A stretch of DNA of 64,000 nt from an uncultured Bacteriovoracaceae bacterium (GTDB lineage: Bacteria; Bdellovibrionota; UBA2394): assembly GCA_964626465.1 (NCBI GenBank), contig CAZVFP010000006.1:2227-66226 (forward strand), given 5' to 3'. A program made the position numbers and the translations under genes. Within the stretch, counting starts at the first letter, position 1, and each line of letters begins with the position of its first letter. Of this stretch, positions 1 through 8,713 are shown piece after piece. The notes beneath the pieces are model-generated. The model saw only the letters and a program-made list of their open reading frames with translations, made no database searches and was not told the origin of the DNA.

Positions 1-634
1 CGAAACCACCAATCGAGAGTTCCGAAATCACGGCTTCAGCTCCACCGACCAACATAATATCTGCGTAACCATGCCGAATATGCCTGAAGCCTTCTCCAAT
101 TCCATGCGCACCGGACGAACACGCCGAAGTTGTTGCGAAGTTAGCGCCTTTCAGTCCAAAGGCAATCGCTGCATGGCCTGCCGCCAAATTTGAAATTAAT
201 CGTGGAATAAAGAAAGGACTTATCCGAGACGGCCCACGCGCAGCTAACAACTTTGCCGTCGCTTCAATTTCGGGAAGTCCACCCAAGCCGACTCCGATAA
301 TTGCACCGGCTCGCTCTTGCCATTCCCCTTTGATTTTTCGTTCGCCTAACATGCCGTCCGAAACAAGCCCGGCCTGAACCATTGCTTCGTGAGACGCGCA
401 AAGTGCAAACTGAATAAAGAGATCCATCGTGCGAATCTCTTTCGCCGGAATGACAGTTTCAGGCCTAAAATCTCTTACTTCGCCGGCGATCTGCGACTTG
501 AATCGGCTGGGATCAAAATGAGTGATGCGACCAATCCCACTTTTGCCTTCAACAATCGCCGCCCAATTGGCCTGTCGCCCAATGCCAACAGCGGATATTG
601 AAGAAACCCCGGTGATGACAACTCGACGCTTCAG
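1..634 (-). CDS. fabF: 3-oxoacyl-ACP synthase II (KAS II), N-terminal ~211 codons; gene runs off the left window edge
   Basis: Not in the ORF track because it is open at the edge. My reverse-strand translation reads LKRRVVITGVSSISAVGIG...FATTSACSSGAHGIGEGFRHIRHGYADIMLVGGAEA, with the KAS active-site ACSSG. It follows acpP as in the canonical fab cluster. No ATG/GTG/TTG sits at the expected start; the first plausible codon after the upstream in-frame stop is CTG at 634, so the start is uncertain. Confidence 0.85.
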   Translation of the reverse strand, partial: MKRRVVITGVSSISAVGIGRQANWAAIVEGKSGIGRITHFDPSRFKSQIAGEVRDFRPETVIPAKEIRTMDLFIQFALCASHEAMVQAGLVSDGMLGERKIKGEWQERAGAIIGVGLGGLPEIEATAKLLAARGPSRISPFFIPRLISNLAAGHAAIAFGLKGANFATTSACSSGAHGIGEGFRHIRHGYADIMLVGGAEAVISELSIGGF

Positions 635-642
635 ATAAGATC

Positions 643-876
643 CTAATTGCTATGAGTTTTGATATAGTTAACAGCGTCCTGGACGGTCTTGATCGCTTCA
701 GCATCTTTATCTGGAATCTCAATTTGAAATTCGTCTTCGAGAGCCATGACGAGCTCAACAATATCTAAAGAATCAGCGCCCAAATCTTCCACAAACTGGC
801 TTTCAACTTTGATTGTCTCTTCCGGAATTTTAAGGCTCTTGCTAATAAGGCCCTTTACTTGTTGTTGCAGTTCCAT
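643..876 (-). CDS. acpP: acyl carrier protein
   Basis: 77 aa with the [19 protein letters not shown] phosphopantetheine-attachment motif (DSL). Sits between fabG and fabF. Confidence 0.95.
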   Translation of the reverse strand: MELQQQVKGLISKSLKIPEETIKVESQFVEDLGADSLDIVELVMALEDEFQIEIPDKDAEAIKTVQDAVNYIKTHSN

Positions 877-922
877 AACGACTCCTTCATTTAATCTCGA
901 TATTTTATTTATCCAAAAAAAC

Positions 923-1669
923 TCAACGCATTAAAAGTCCGCCATTGATATCCAAAGTTGATCCAGTGATATATCCAGACTCACCCGACACCAAAAAATG
1001 CACCAATGCGGCAACATCCTCAACACTGCCAAAACGACCTACCGGAATTTTATCCAGATAGGCTTGTTTGAGATCTTCTCCCAAACGATCTGTCATCTCG
1101 GTATTAATGAACCCAGGGCAAACAACATTGCAAGTGATATTACGAGATGCAAATTCTTGAGCAAATGACTTCGAAAATCCAAAAAGTGCCGATTTCGAAG
1201 ACGAATATGCAGCCTGTCCTTTGTTGCCAATCTCTCCAATAATTGAGCTCATCAGAACAACTCGGCCGTATTTTTCCCGCATCATCGAACGCGCCACTTG
1301 CCTCGTAATCTGTGCGGCTGAGAAAAAATTAGTTTTAAAGATTTCTTCGAAATGCTCAGCGGACGCCCGCGGGATTAAGCTTTCTTTCGCAATTCCTGCG
1401 TTGCAGACAAGGATCGAGATCGGCCCTTTTTCCAAGGTGGCCGCCAAAGCGCCTTCAGTAGCGCCGGTATCTCCAAGATCAAATGGCAGCAGAGCTCCAT
1501 CACCACCATTTTGACGGATATCGTTCAATAATGTTTCAGCCGCTTCTTGATTTGAACGATAGTTGATCAAGACAAAGGCGCCAGCACTTGCGAGCCGCTT
1601 TGAGATGGCCGCACCGATGCCTCGGCTCCCTCCCGTGATCAACGCAGTTTGTCCTTTTAACGAAAACAT
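923..1669 (-). CDS. fabG: 3-oxoacyl-ACP reductase (SDR family)
   Basis: 248 aa. TGGSRGIG Rossmann motif, NAG, and the YSSSK catalytic Tyr/Lys. Lies in the fab cluster. Confidence 0.9.
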   Translation of the reverse strand: MFSLKGQTALITGGSRGIGAAISKRLASAGAFVLINYRSNQEAAETLLNDIRQNGGDGALLPFDLGDTGATEGALAATLEKGPISILVCNAGIAKESLIPRASAEHFEEIFKTNFFSAAQITRQVARSMMREKYGRVVLMSSIIGEIGNKGQAAYSSSKSALFGFSKSFAQEFASRNITCNVVCPGFINTEMTDRLGEDLKQAYLDKIPVGRFGSVEDVAALVHFLVSGESGYITGSTLDINGGLLMR

Positions 1670-1684
1670 TTCATTCCTCGATGT

Positions 1685-2815
1685 TCATTTCTCACTGTTC
1701 ATTTCTCGATCAAGTGAAGCATCATTGGCCGCCGTCGAAGGCTGATAGTTCACAAACGCGTTTCTTACTTTCTCTGTGACATCTTGTCTTACAAATTTTT
1801 CTGCAATCAGAATGGCATTACAAATTGCCTTTCCATCCGACGAGCCATGCGCCACAAGCCCGAGCCCATTGAGTCCAATCAAGGGAGCGGCTCCATACTC
1901 TCGATAATCCATTTTCGCTCGTAAGGCGCGAAAGGCACCCCCGGCGAGAACAGCGCCTACTTTTGAGACCCAGCTTTTCTGGATTTCATCCCTCAATATG
2001 TTCTTAATGGTTGAAGCCACACCTTCGGTTGTCTTTAAGATTATATTTCCTACAAATCCATCACAGATAATGACGTCGGCTTTGCCATTCATCAAATCAC
2101 GGCCTTCAACAAATCCATGATATGAGACGCCTAGCCGTTCTTTGAGAATGATATGGGTCGCCTTCACAAGCTCATTACCCTTGGAATCCTCTTCTCCAAT
2201 ATTCATCAGACAAACACGTGCGTCCGGCTTTTGATATGCACTCTGATAATAGGCAAGGCCCATGATCGCAAACTGATACAAAATTTCCGGGCTGCAATCC
2301 ACATTGGCGCCTGCATCCATCAATACCGTAATTCCGTGCGATGCCGGAAACTGACACAAAATCGCCGGCCGCTTTACATCCGGCAAACGACCCAACAGTG
2401 CCACACCAAAAGCCATCACCGCGCCCGAATTACCAGCGGAAAGTGCCGCGTCTGCTTTACCTTCCTTCACAAGGTAAAATGTCTTTGCGAGAGATGAATC
2501 TTTCTTTGTTCTAATTGCTGCCGCCGGACTATCACTCATGTCGACTAAGGTGGGACAATCAACAATCTCGAGAGATCCATCATTTAGAAAATTTCGGAAA
2601 AGCTTTTCATTCAATCGATAAGAATGAGAAACATCGGAATCTTGCGATGCCGCTTGGACAGAAGACAACAAGCGATCTTGAGGTCCACATAAAAAGACCT
2701 TCAGCTTTCGACCTTCCGCCTGAGCTCTCTCAACTGCTTTCGTTGCACCCTGAAGATTGGGAACCGCTAGAAAGTCTCCCCCCATCGCATCCAGAGCAAT
2801 CCGCACTTCCTTCAT
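1685..2815 (-). CDS. plsX: phosphate acyltransferase PlsX
   Basis: 376 aa. N-terminus IALDAMGGD is typical of PlsX. Lies downstream of rpmF as in most bacteria. Has a short C-terminal extension relative to typical length. Confidence 0.9.
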   Translation of the reverse strand: MKEVRIALDAMGGDFLAVPNLQGATKAVERAQAEGRKLKVFLCGPQDRLLSSVQAASQDSDVSHSYRLNEKLFRNFLNDGSLEIVDCPTLVDMSDSPAAAIRTKKDSSLAKTFYLVKEGKADAALSAGNSGAVMAFGVALLGRLPDVKRPAILCQFPASHGITVLMDAGANVDCSPEILYQFAIMGLAYYQSAYQKPDARVCLMNIGEEDSKGNELVKATHIILKERLGVSYHGFVEGRDLMNGKADVIICDGFVGNIILKTTEGVASTIKNILRDEIQKSWVSKVGAVLAGGAFRALRAKMDYREYGAAPLIGLNGLGLVAHGSSDGKAICNAILIAEKFVRQDVTEKVRNAFVNYQPSTAANDASLDREMNSEK

Positions 2816-2834
2816 TTGTGGTTATCCAACGATC

Positions 2835-3011
2835 TTAAGCCAATTCGATGACTTCGCGACCTTTGTATTTTCCACAATTCGGGCAAGCACGGTGGGAAGC
2901 AATAATAGTTTTGCAAGTGGCGCACTTCGTGAGACCAGGTGCATGACACTTATAATGAGTGCGTCGAGAACGACTTCGAGCTTTCGACGTCTTTTTCTTT
3001 GGAACTGCCAT
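2835..3011 (-). CDS. rpmF: 50S ribosomal protein L32
   Basis: Below the ORF-track size cutoff. My translation is MAVPKKKTSKARSRSRRTHYKCHAPGLTKCATCKTIIASHRACPNCGKYKGREVIELA (58 aa), with the L32 N-terminus and CxxC...CxxC zinc ribbon. Confidence 0.9.
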   Translation of the reverse strand: MAVPKKKTSKARSRSRRTHYKCHAPGLTKCATCKTIIASHRACPNCGKYKGREVIELA

Positions 3012-3046
3012 ATTGTTGAAACCCTAGTCTCGGAGCCTTTTAACTG

Positions 3047-3745
3047 TCAAAGGCTCTTTGAAATGATTTTTGATCGCAGAGCCTTCGCCAAGGCCGTTTC
3101 GTCGGGATCCCCCAAGACGACCTCCGAAGGCCCTTCCTTACAGGTGCAACCCGCTCGATCGATGGCCCCGCCACAGTGCAAACATAAGCCTCTGCAAGCT
3201 TGCGAGCAGATCGTGCGCATAGGCATCTGAAGGATGAGATTTTCACGGATAATCGGCCTTAAATCCACTGTTTGACCGTCAAAGGCCCCAAAACTATCGT
3301 CCTCATGCTCTCCCTCGGTATCAAGAAGAACTTCAGCCTTCGATTTTGAATGATGTCTCGATTCCTTATGCTCAGACTTCTTTCCATGAATCACTTTGCC
3401 GCCTGGCTTGTCATGGGGAGAAAACTGCTCCTTCGCCATCAAAAAAATGTCTATTTTGCCCTCTAGGGAGGTTTTCATCGGGATCGTGCAGCGATCGCAA
3501 AGGCTCGAAAAGGTCGTTGAGAACCGTCCGCGAAGATCCACTTTTGAGGCCACTCGATGAAGCGATGCATTTACGACGATCGGATCCAAGAACTGCTCTT
3601 CCACTTCCTTGAGAGCATCCGGAGTCAGCTCTCCCGAGCGATACAATTCAACGGCGCTCAAACTCAGAGAAACATTAAGCCCTTCAAAGGGGATATCATT
3701 TACCGAAATGACGCAGGCATGCGATGTAATCTTCTTGTTTTCCAT
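3047..3745 (-). CDS. yceD: YceD/DUF177 family protein (large-subunit ribosomal RNA accumulation protein)
   Basis: 232 aa, directly upstream of rpmF (conserved synteny). C-terminal CSQACRGLCLHCGG...CTC cysteine cluster. Carries a His/Lys/Glu-rich insertion (HGKKSEHKESRHHSKSK). Confidence 0.75.
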   Translation of the reverse strand: MENKKITSHACVISVNDIPFEGLNVSLSLSAVELYRSGELTPDALKEVEEQFLDPIVVNASLHRVASKVDLRGRFSTTFSSLCDRCTIPMKTSLEGKIDIFLMAKEQFSPHDKPGGKVIHGKKSEHKESRHHSKSKAEVLLDTEGEHEDDSFGAFDGQTVDLRPIIRENLILQMPMRTICSQACRGLCLHCGGAIDRAGCTCKEGPSEVVLGDPDETALAKALRSKIISKSL

Positions 3746-3845
3746 GATCTAATGGCCCGCTTATAGCCCTTGTCGGCGATGGATTCAATCAGTGGTTCTG
3801 TTTTGAAGGTGCCCTGATCCTCAAAAGTCGCTAAGGTGCTGAAAC

Positions 3846-4814
3846 ATGCCGATCATTAGTGAAAATGAACGTTGTTTACTTGCGAAATCTCGCATTTGTC
3901 TGCTGGGCTATGGAGCGCAGGGAGAAGCCGAAGCCACGAATTTGCAGCGAAGTGAAATCGCCTTTACACTAGGACTGAGATCGACCGGAAAATCAGCTGA
4001 AAAAGCCCGAGCCAATCGCGTGTCTTATGTCTCTTTTTCTGAGGCCATTGAAAATTCAGACACGATCGTGATGAATCTCGCCGATCACAGCCAACGTGAA
4101 ATTTATTATGAATTTCCGAAGCTGAAACTCTCGAAACGGCTTATCTTTGCTCACGGGTTTAATACACATTTCAAGATGATCCCCGTTGAAGAAAATGGCC
4201 CCCGTCATATTCTTGTTGCGCCAAAGGGAGCTGCCAGCGGATTAAAAGAATTCTACGGCACGAATCAAGCATTGCCTGCTTTGCTCGCCGCGCAACCTAG
4301 CCCAACACCGGAAGAGAAAACTTTTGCCGAGATTTTTGCTAAAGCGATTGGCTGCCATCCGGCAGCTCTGATTTGGGCCGACTTCAAAGATGAAACTGAA
4401 TGTGATTTATTTTCTGAACAGGCATTACTTTGCGGCGGGGTTTCGAGTCTACTCAGAACAAGCTACGAAGTGCTCATTGAAAATGGCTACCATCCAGATG
4501 CTGCATATTTTGAGACGCTCTACGAATTGAAACTCATCGTCGATCTCATCTGGAAAGAGGGCATCTCAGGAATGAGAAATCGCATTAGCCCCACCGCGAG
4601 ATATGGTGATATCACCCGAGGGGATCGTGTCATCGGCCCCGAAGTGAAAGCAAAGATGGTCGAAGTTTTGGAAGAGATACAAAGCGGAAAGTTTGCACGT
4701 GAGTTCCTGGAAGATCGACAGTCTGAAAAATATCTCAGCAAACTTGAAATGCAAAAAAATCATCCGATCGAAAAGGTCGGACAGAAGCTCCGAGACTCAA
4801 TGAAATTGACTTGA
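3846..4814 (+). CDS. ilvC: ketol-acid reductoisomerase (class I)
   Basis: 322 aa. Motifs LLGYGAQGEAEATNL (GxGxQGxxxxxNL), FAHGFN and APKGAASG. Confidence 0.85.
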   Translation: MPIISENERCLLAKSRICLLGYGAQGEAEATNLQRSEIAFTLGLRSTGKSAEKARANRVSYVSFSEAIENSDTIVMNLADHSQREIYYEFPKLKLSKRLIFAHGFNTHFKMIPVEENGPRHILVAPKGAASGLKEFYGTNQALPALLAAQPSPTPEEKTFAEIFAKAIGCHPAALIWADFKDETECDLFSEQALLCGGVSSLLRTSYEVLIENGYHPDAAYFETLYELKLIVDLIWKEGISGMRNRISPTARYGDITRGDRVIGPEVKAKMVEVLEEIQSGKFAREFLEDRQSEKYLSKLEMQKNHPIEKVGQKLRDSMKLT

Positions 4815-5333
4815 AGTCACCTCTTCTGCACTTGGATCGTCTGCACTTCTACCTCGATACAGTGCGATCCCACCCTTCAGAACATACAGATAAGCAAAGC
4901 CTTTGCTCGCCAAAAGTTCGCTGCAGGTCACGCTCTTGATACCATTCTCGCAGACAATAAGAATGGGGGAATCCTTGGACAAGGTATCCATTCGGTGAGC
5001 AATTTGGTCGAAAGGAATATTGATGGATCCAGGAATGGAACTCTTCTGAAAATCATGCATCGATCTAAGGTCCACAATCGCTCCATGTGGTGCTGCCTTT
5101 TTCCAGACATCAAGCTCATCCGGAAAAATGAGATCGTAAAGCAAACCCTTTTCGAGCGATTCCAGCGAAACCGGCAGCCGAAGAGCCAGCTTTCGCCCCA
5201 TGTTTTTCATGATCTGAAAAAGACGACTGTTTTGAGATCGAAGCTCAGATTCAGATTTTTTTAAATCTGAAATCTGTAACTCCAATTGTTTGATTGAAAT
5301 TAAAACTTGTTCTTTCCACGCCGAGTTGAACAT
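4797..5333 (-). CDS. rhodanese-domain protein with N-terminal coiled coil
   Basis: 178 aa. C-terminal rhodanese fold with the active-site loop CENGIKS. Its 3' end overlaps the ilvC 3' end by 18 nt (convergent). Confidence 0.65.
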   Translation of the reverse strand: MFNSAWKEQVLISIKQLELQISDLKKSESELRSQNSRLFQIMKNMGRKLALRLPVSLESLEKGLLYDLIFPDELDVWKKAAPHGAIVDLRSMHDFQKSSIPGSINIPFDQIAHRMDTLSKDSPILIVCENGIKSVTCSELLASKGFAYLYVLKGGIALYRGRSADDPSAEEVTSSQFH

Positions 5334-6466
5334 GTCTTTAGCGTAACGGCCCTCACAGAAAACCGCAACGAAAACAGAAGTATAAGCCCGAAAACCAAAG
5401 TCACGATCGACATCATGCTATCACTCCCTGAAGTCAGATTAATTTCACAGCCTCCACCGCCACCATCGCTGGCCTCAGTCGCCTGCAATCCGAGAGCGGT
5501 GAGATCAACTCTAAAGCTCGCCAAACGACTTGCATTGTTAAATGCAAGTAAGGTCGCAGATCCAGAAAATCCAAGTGAATCAAATTGCGCTACGGCCTCG
5601 CTTGATGAACTGACCGTACGATATCGCGCGACAACATCCGTCTCGCTATTTGAAAGCTTCGACAGAACAAAACTCGTATATTCATTAAAATGATCACCTT
5701 GAATTCTGAATGTCACAACACCCCCGGAGTTGCTCAATAATTCAGCTGACGAAATCGAAGGTGTGCCTAAATCAGAACTGGAGTAGAGGCTCGTGATTGC
5801 GAAAACATCGTCCTCATGAGGATCTCGACGAGATGTTTCACCCGCCGCTGCCGCATAGAACATGGTCGCATCAGCAAGAACAGGGTCTGTCTCAAAAATA
5901 TCTTCTGAAGAATGGTCTAAGCCAAGAAAATGCCCAATTTCGTGAGTCGCTATATTCTGCACATCGATATAGCTACTTTCAGAGGGCGAATCCACAACTG
6001 CCCACCGAAACGATTCGGCATTAAAGAAAATATCTGCTTCAGCAATTTTGCCCGTAGATTGATCAAACGAAAGTAGAGTAACCGCCAAAGCGTTTGAGGG
6101 GGGATGAAACGAAAGACTTCTCCAGCTACTTCTCACCCATCCAATCGAATTCTGCCCATCACCACTGGCTGGGGCAGTTCCCAACGCAAGACCATCATCT
6201 TGCACCGTCAGATCGAGACCTGGAATGGTCGTCCATGCATCGAAGCCCGCACGAATGGGGTCAAAATCGGTCGAGACTGTACCCGAAGCATCGTGACCAC
6301 CAGTAAAGTAACCAGATGTGGTTGAGTGGATTTTATATCTCGCTACACCACTATTCCAATAGGCTGGCTTACCGCCGTTCGAGATGAGGGTAAACGCAGA
6401 CAGATCACTCGAGCAGCTCAGCGCGACAAAAAAAGAAACGATAATTTGAATCCGTATGAGATTCAC
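5300..6466 (-). CDS. secreted matrixin-like zinc metalloprotease (metzincin) with C-terminal Gly5-Cys/TM/Arg tail
   Basis: 388 aa. N-terminal signal peptide (possibly a lipoprotein, VALSC), HEIGHFLGLDHS (HExxHxxGxxH) followed by a Met-turn candidate (ATMFY). C-terminal tail is DGGGGGCEINLTSGSDSMMSIVTLVFGLILLFSLRFSVR. Confidence 0.7.
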   Translation of the reverse strand: MNLIRIQIIVSFFVALSCSSDLSAFTLISNGGKPAYWNSGVARYKIHSTTSGYFTGGHDASGTVSTDFDPIRAGFDAWTTIPGLDLTVQDDGLALGTAPASGDGQNSIGWVRSSWRSLSFHPPSNALAVTLLSFDQSTGKIAEADIFFNAESFRWAVVDSPSESSYIDVQNIATHEIGHFLGLDHSSEDIFETDPVLADATMFYAAAAGETSRRDPHEDDVFAITSLYSSSDLGTPSISSAELLSNSGGVVTFRIQGDHFNEYTSFVLSKLSNSETDVVARYRTVSSSSEAVAQFDSLGFSGSATLLAFNNASRLASFRVDLTALGLQATEASDGGGGGCEINLTSGSDSMMSIVTLVFGLILLFSLRFSVRAVTLKTCSTRRGKNKF

Positions 6467-6484
6467 GAGCTCGCTACCCCCTGA

Positions 6485-7003
6485 TCAATCTAAGGAACGA
6501 AAAACCTCAGCAACAAAAACATCGTAGTCTTTAAAACTGCGGTCATGTGTTAAGTGATATCCCGCACCTTGCGACTCCACGATGGTTGTATCGCCAGCAC
6601 GAATCACGTGTACTCCTCGACTGTCTTCGATAACTTGGAATGCTGACCAACCCAATAATTCAGCTGGGCTCGCAGCACTCGCCGACGACGGATCTTTCGT
6701 GAGGAATAAAATATAATCTCGATCAACTCTGAACGAGGGAACACCCAAAACCATAAATCTCTTCTGCCCACGACTTCCACCTGGAGCTTGAAAATCAATC
6801 CGGCTTCCCTTCGCGCCACTTCCCTTCAAAGCTTCAACGATCTCTGCTGAAACGAGGGTGGTAGGGACCGAGCCAGAATTTAATGATTCGACTGTTTTGA
6901 TTTTCACTCGACCAATCCAGGAAGCCCCCCGAGACAAGTCAGATACATCCACGTCACCGAGGGTGCTTGAAACCAAAATTAACGACGCAACTAGATGGAG
7001 CAC
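6485..7003 (-). CDS. hypothetical secreted protein
   Basis: 172-aa ORF immediately upstream of, and co-oriented with, the metalloprotease. Hydrophobic N-terminus. No motif recognised. Confidence 0.45.
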   Translation of the reverse strand: MLHLVASLILVSSTLGDVDVSDLSRGASWIGRVKIKTVESLNSGSVPTTLVSAEIVEALKGSGAKGSRIDFQAPGGSRGQKRFMVLGVPSFRVDRDYILFLTKDPSSASAASPAELLGWSAFQVIEDSRGVHVIRAGDTTIVESQGAGYHLTHDRSFKDYDVFVAEVFRSLD

Positions 7004-7199
7004 GGCTTCATCCCCTCTAAGGCATTTACTTATCCGATAACTGCCAATATAAAAGTTACACTGCTGAAGTTAACTTCATCTTAACATTTATATGCCTCAC
7101 CGCACAATGCGCTTAAAATGCGTCAAAATAGGCTTTTATTCAGAAAATGCATAGCTCCAAAGACTATGTAAACATTAGTTACTTTTACTTACTTTTTGC

Positions 7200-7916
7200 T
7201 CACTTAATGTGGCGCTCAATACCCGAAAGAATGCCGAAAAGAATCCGAAGATCGCGATCAGAAAGATCGGCTCGGTGGTACATGGACCGTAAATCCGTCA
7301 AATGACTGATAGGATTCTGCGGATTTGTAAACTGCACTAAATCCATCACGCGAAATACTCGTTCAAAGAAAATATCTTCCTGCTCCTTCTTCGGCCGCTC
7401 CTTCGCTTCAGCAGCCGAAACAGATGGTTTAGATCGACGGCCGCGATAAAGCTCCGAGAGTGCGATCGCCACCGCTGAAGTTAAATTGATTGAGGGCATT
7501 TTTTCTGAAGAAGGAATTTCAACCTGAACATGGCAGCGATCTAGCTCCTCAAGTGTCAGTCCCCACTCTTCTCGCCCAAACACCAAACCAATTCGATCTT
7601 GGTCAGAAAATCGATTTGGAATCTCCTGATAAAAATCGAATACGGTCATGCGCGGACGAGGATCATCATAGCGACGCCCAGAAAACGCGACGGAATAACT
7701 CAAATCGCTCTGAGCGTCTTCAAGCGTTTTAAAAATCTTTGCCTTCTCCACAAAATGATAGCCCTGCATACTCATCTGTTTGCATTCCAAACTGTCGAGC
7801 CTGCATCTGGGGTCTACGATTCGAAGCTCGCCCACTTCGAAATTGCCAAGAAGTCTTGCAACACCTCCAACATTCCCAGCACCTTTGGGCGAAACCAGAA
7901 TAACAACACAATTCAT
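7200..7916 (-). CDS. SpoU/TrmJ-like RNA 2'-O-methyltransferase
   Basis: 238 aa. N-terminus VVILVSPKGAGNVGGVARLLGNF and a SPOUT C-terminal knot region (LNLTSAVAIAL). ATGA start/stop overlap with the upstream HAD-like gene. Confidence 0.75.
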   Translation of the reverse strand: MNCVVILVSPKGAGNVGGVARLLGNFEVGELRIVDPRCRLDSLECKQMSMQGYHFVEKAKIFKTLEDAQSDLSYSVAFSGRRYDDPRPRMTVFDFYQEIPNRFSDQDRIGLVFGREEWGLTLEELDRCHVQVEIPSSEKMPSINLTSAVAIALSELYRGRRSKPSVSAAEAKERPKKEQEDIFFERVFRVMDLVQFTNPQNPISHLTDLRSMYHRADLSDRDLRILFGILSGIERHIK

Positions 7917-8713
7917 AAAAAAATCTTTAAAAGATCCTCGAAGTGAAGAACGACAGGAATGTTATGAAGCCGGCGATGCTGGCGAAGCGTTTCTAACGAA
8001 ACCACTTTTTGACCCAAATCATGGTCATTCGACAAGTCCATATTGAGAGCCTTCATCTCTCTCATCTGAGGATCGTAAAGTACGGGCGATAACCCTGCTC
8101 GCTTAGATCCCATCACATCGAACGCATAGCTTCCACCAACAAACCGAACTCTATCGGGCGTCTCATCCATATCCGAAACTGCTAATTCAAAAATCCGCTT
8201 ATCCGGCTTGGAAAGACCAACATCGTATGAAGTAATCACGGAATCAAACAGATCGAGTGCCGCATGGTCGCGCAACAAATCCACCAGCAATCCATTCCAG
8301 TTTGAAACGATTCCGAGACGATAGCCCCGCTGCTTTAAATCGCTGCAGACATCGAGAGTTCCAGTCGCTATGGCCACCGTCATTCGAGTCTGAAACTGAG
8401 CCCTCAGAGTGGCTTCCAGCGGCTGAGCAATATCTGCGGGCAAATTAAATTTATCGACAATGCGACGCACCCAGCTGGATGGCTTCCATTCAAAATTCGA
8501 ATTCTTCTCGATTTCATCATTGAGGTCGCGGATGACCGACTCTAAAACAACGGCCACGTCAAATTCAGACTTCTTGATTCCAACACTTTCTAAACTTTCT
8601 ACGTAAAAGCGCTCAAATGACATTTGATACTGAAGCAATGTCCCACTAGCATTAAAGAGAACAACAGGGAATTCGCTTGACGTGACTTTTAATTTCTCAA
8701 ACACTTCGCCCAT
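7913..8713 (-). CDS. HAD-superfamily-like protein with degenerate catalytic motifs
   Basis: The ORF is open to 8818. I prefer Met36 (8713) because HAD motif I normally lies near the N-terminus. Motif I reads VVLFNASGTL instead of hhhDxDGTL, motif II is GIVSNW, and motif IV reads VGGSYAFD instead of GDxxxD. Confidence 0.55.
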   Translation of the reverse strand: MGEVFEKLKVTSSEFPVVLFNASGTLLQYQMSFERFYVESLESVGIKKSEFDVAVVLESVIRDLNDEIEKNSNFEWKPSSWVRRIVDKFNLPADIAQPLEATLRAQFQTRMTVAIATGTLDVCSDLKQRGYRLGIVSNWNGLLVDLLRDHAALDLFDSVITSYDVGLSKPDKRIFELAVSDMDETPDRVRFVGGSYAFDVMGSKRAGLSPVLYDPQMREMKALNMDLSNDHDLGQKVVSLETLRQHRRLHNIPVVLHFEDLLKIFL

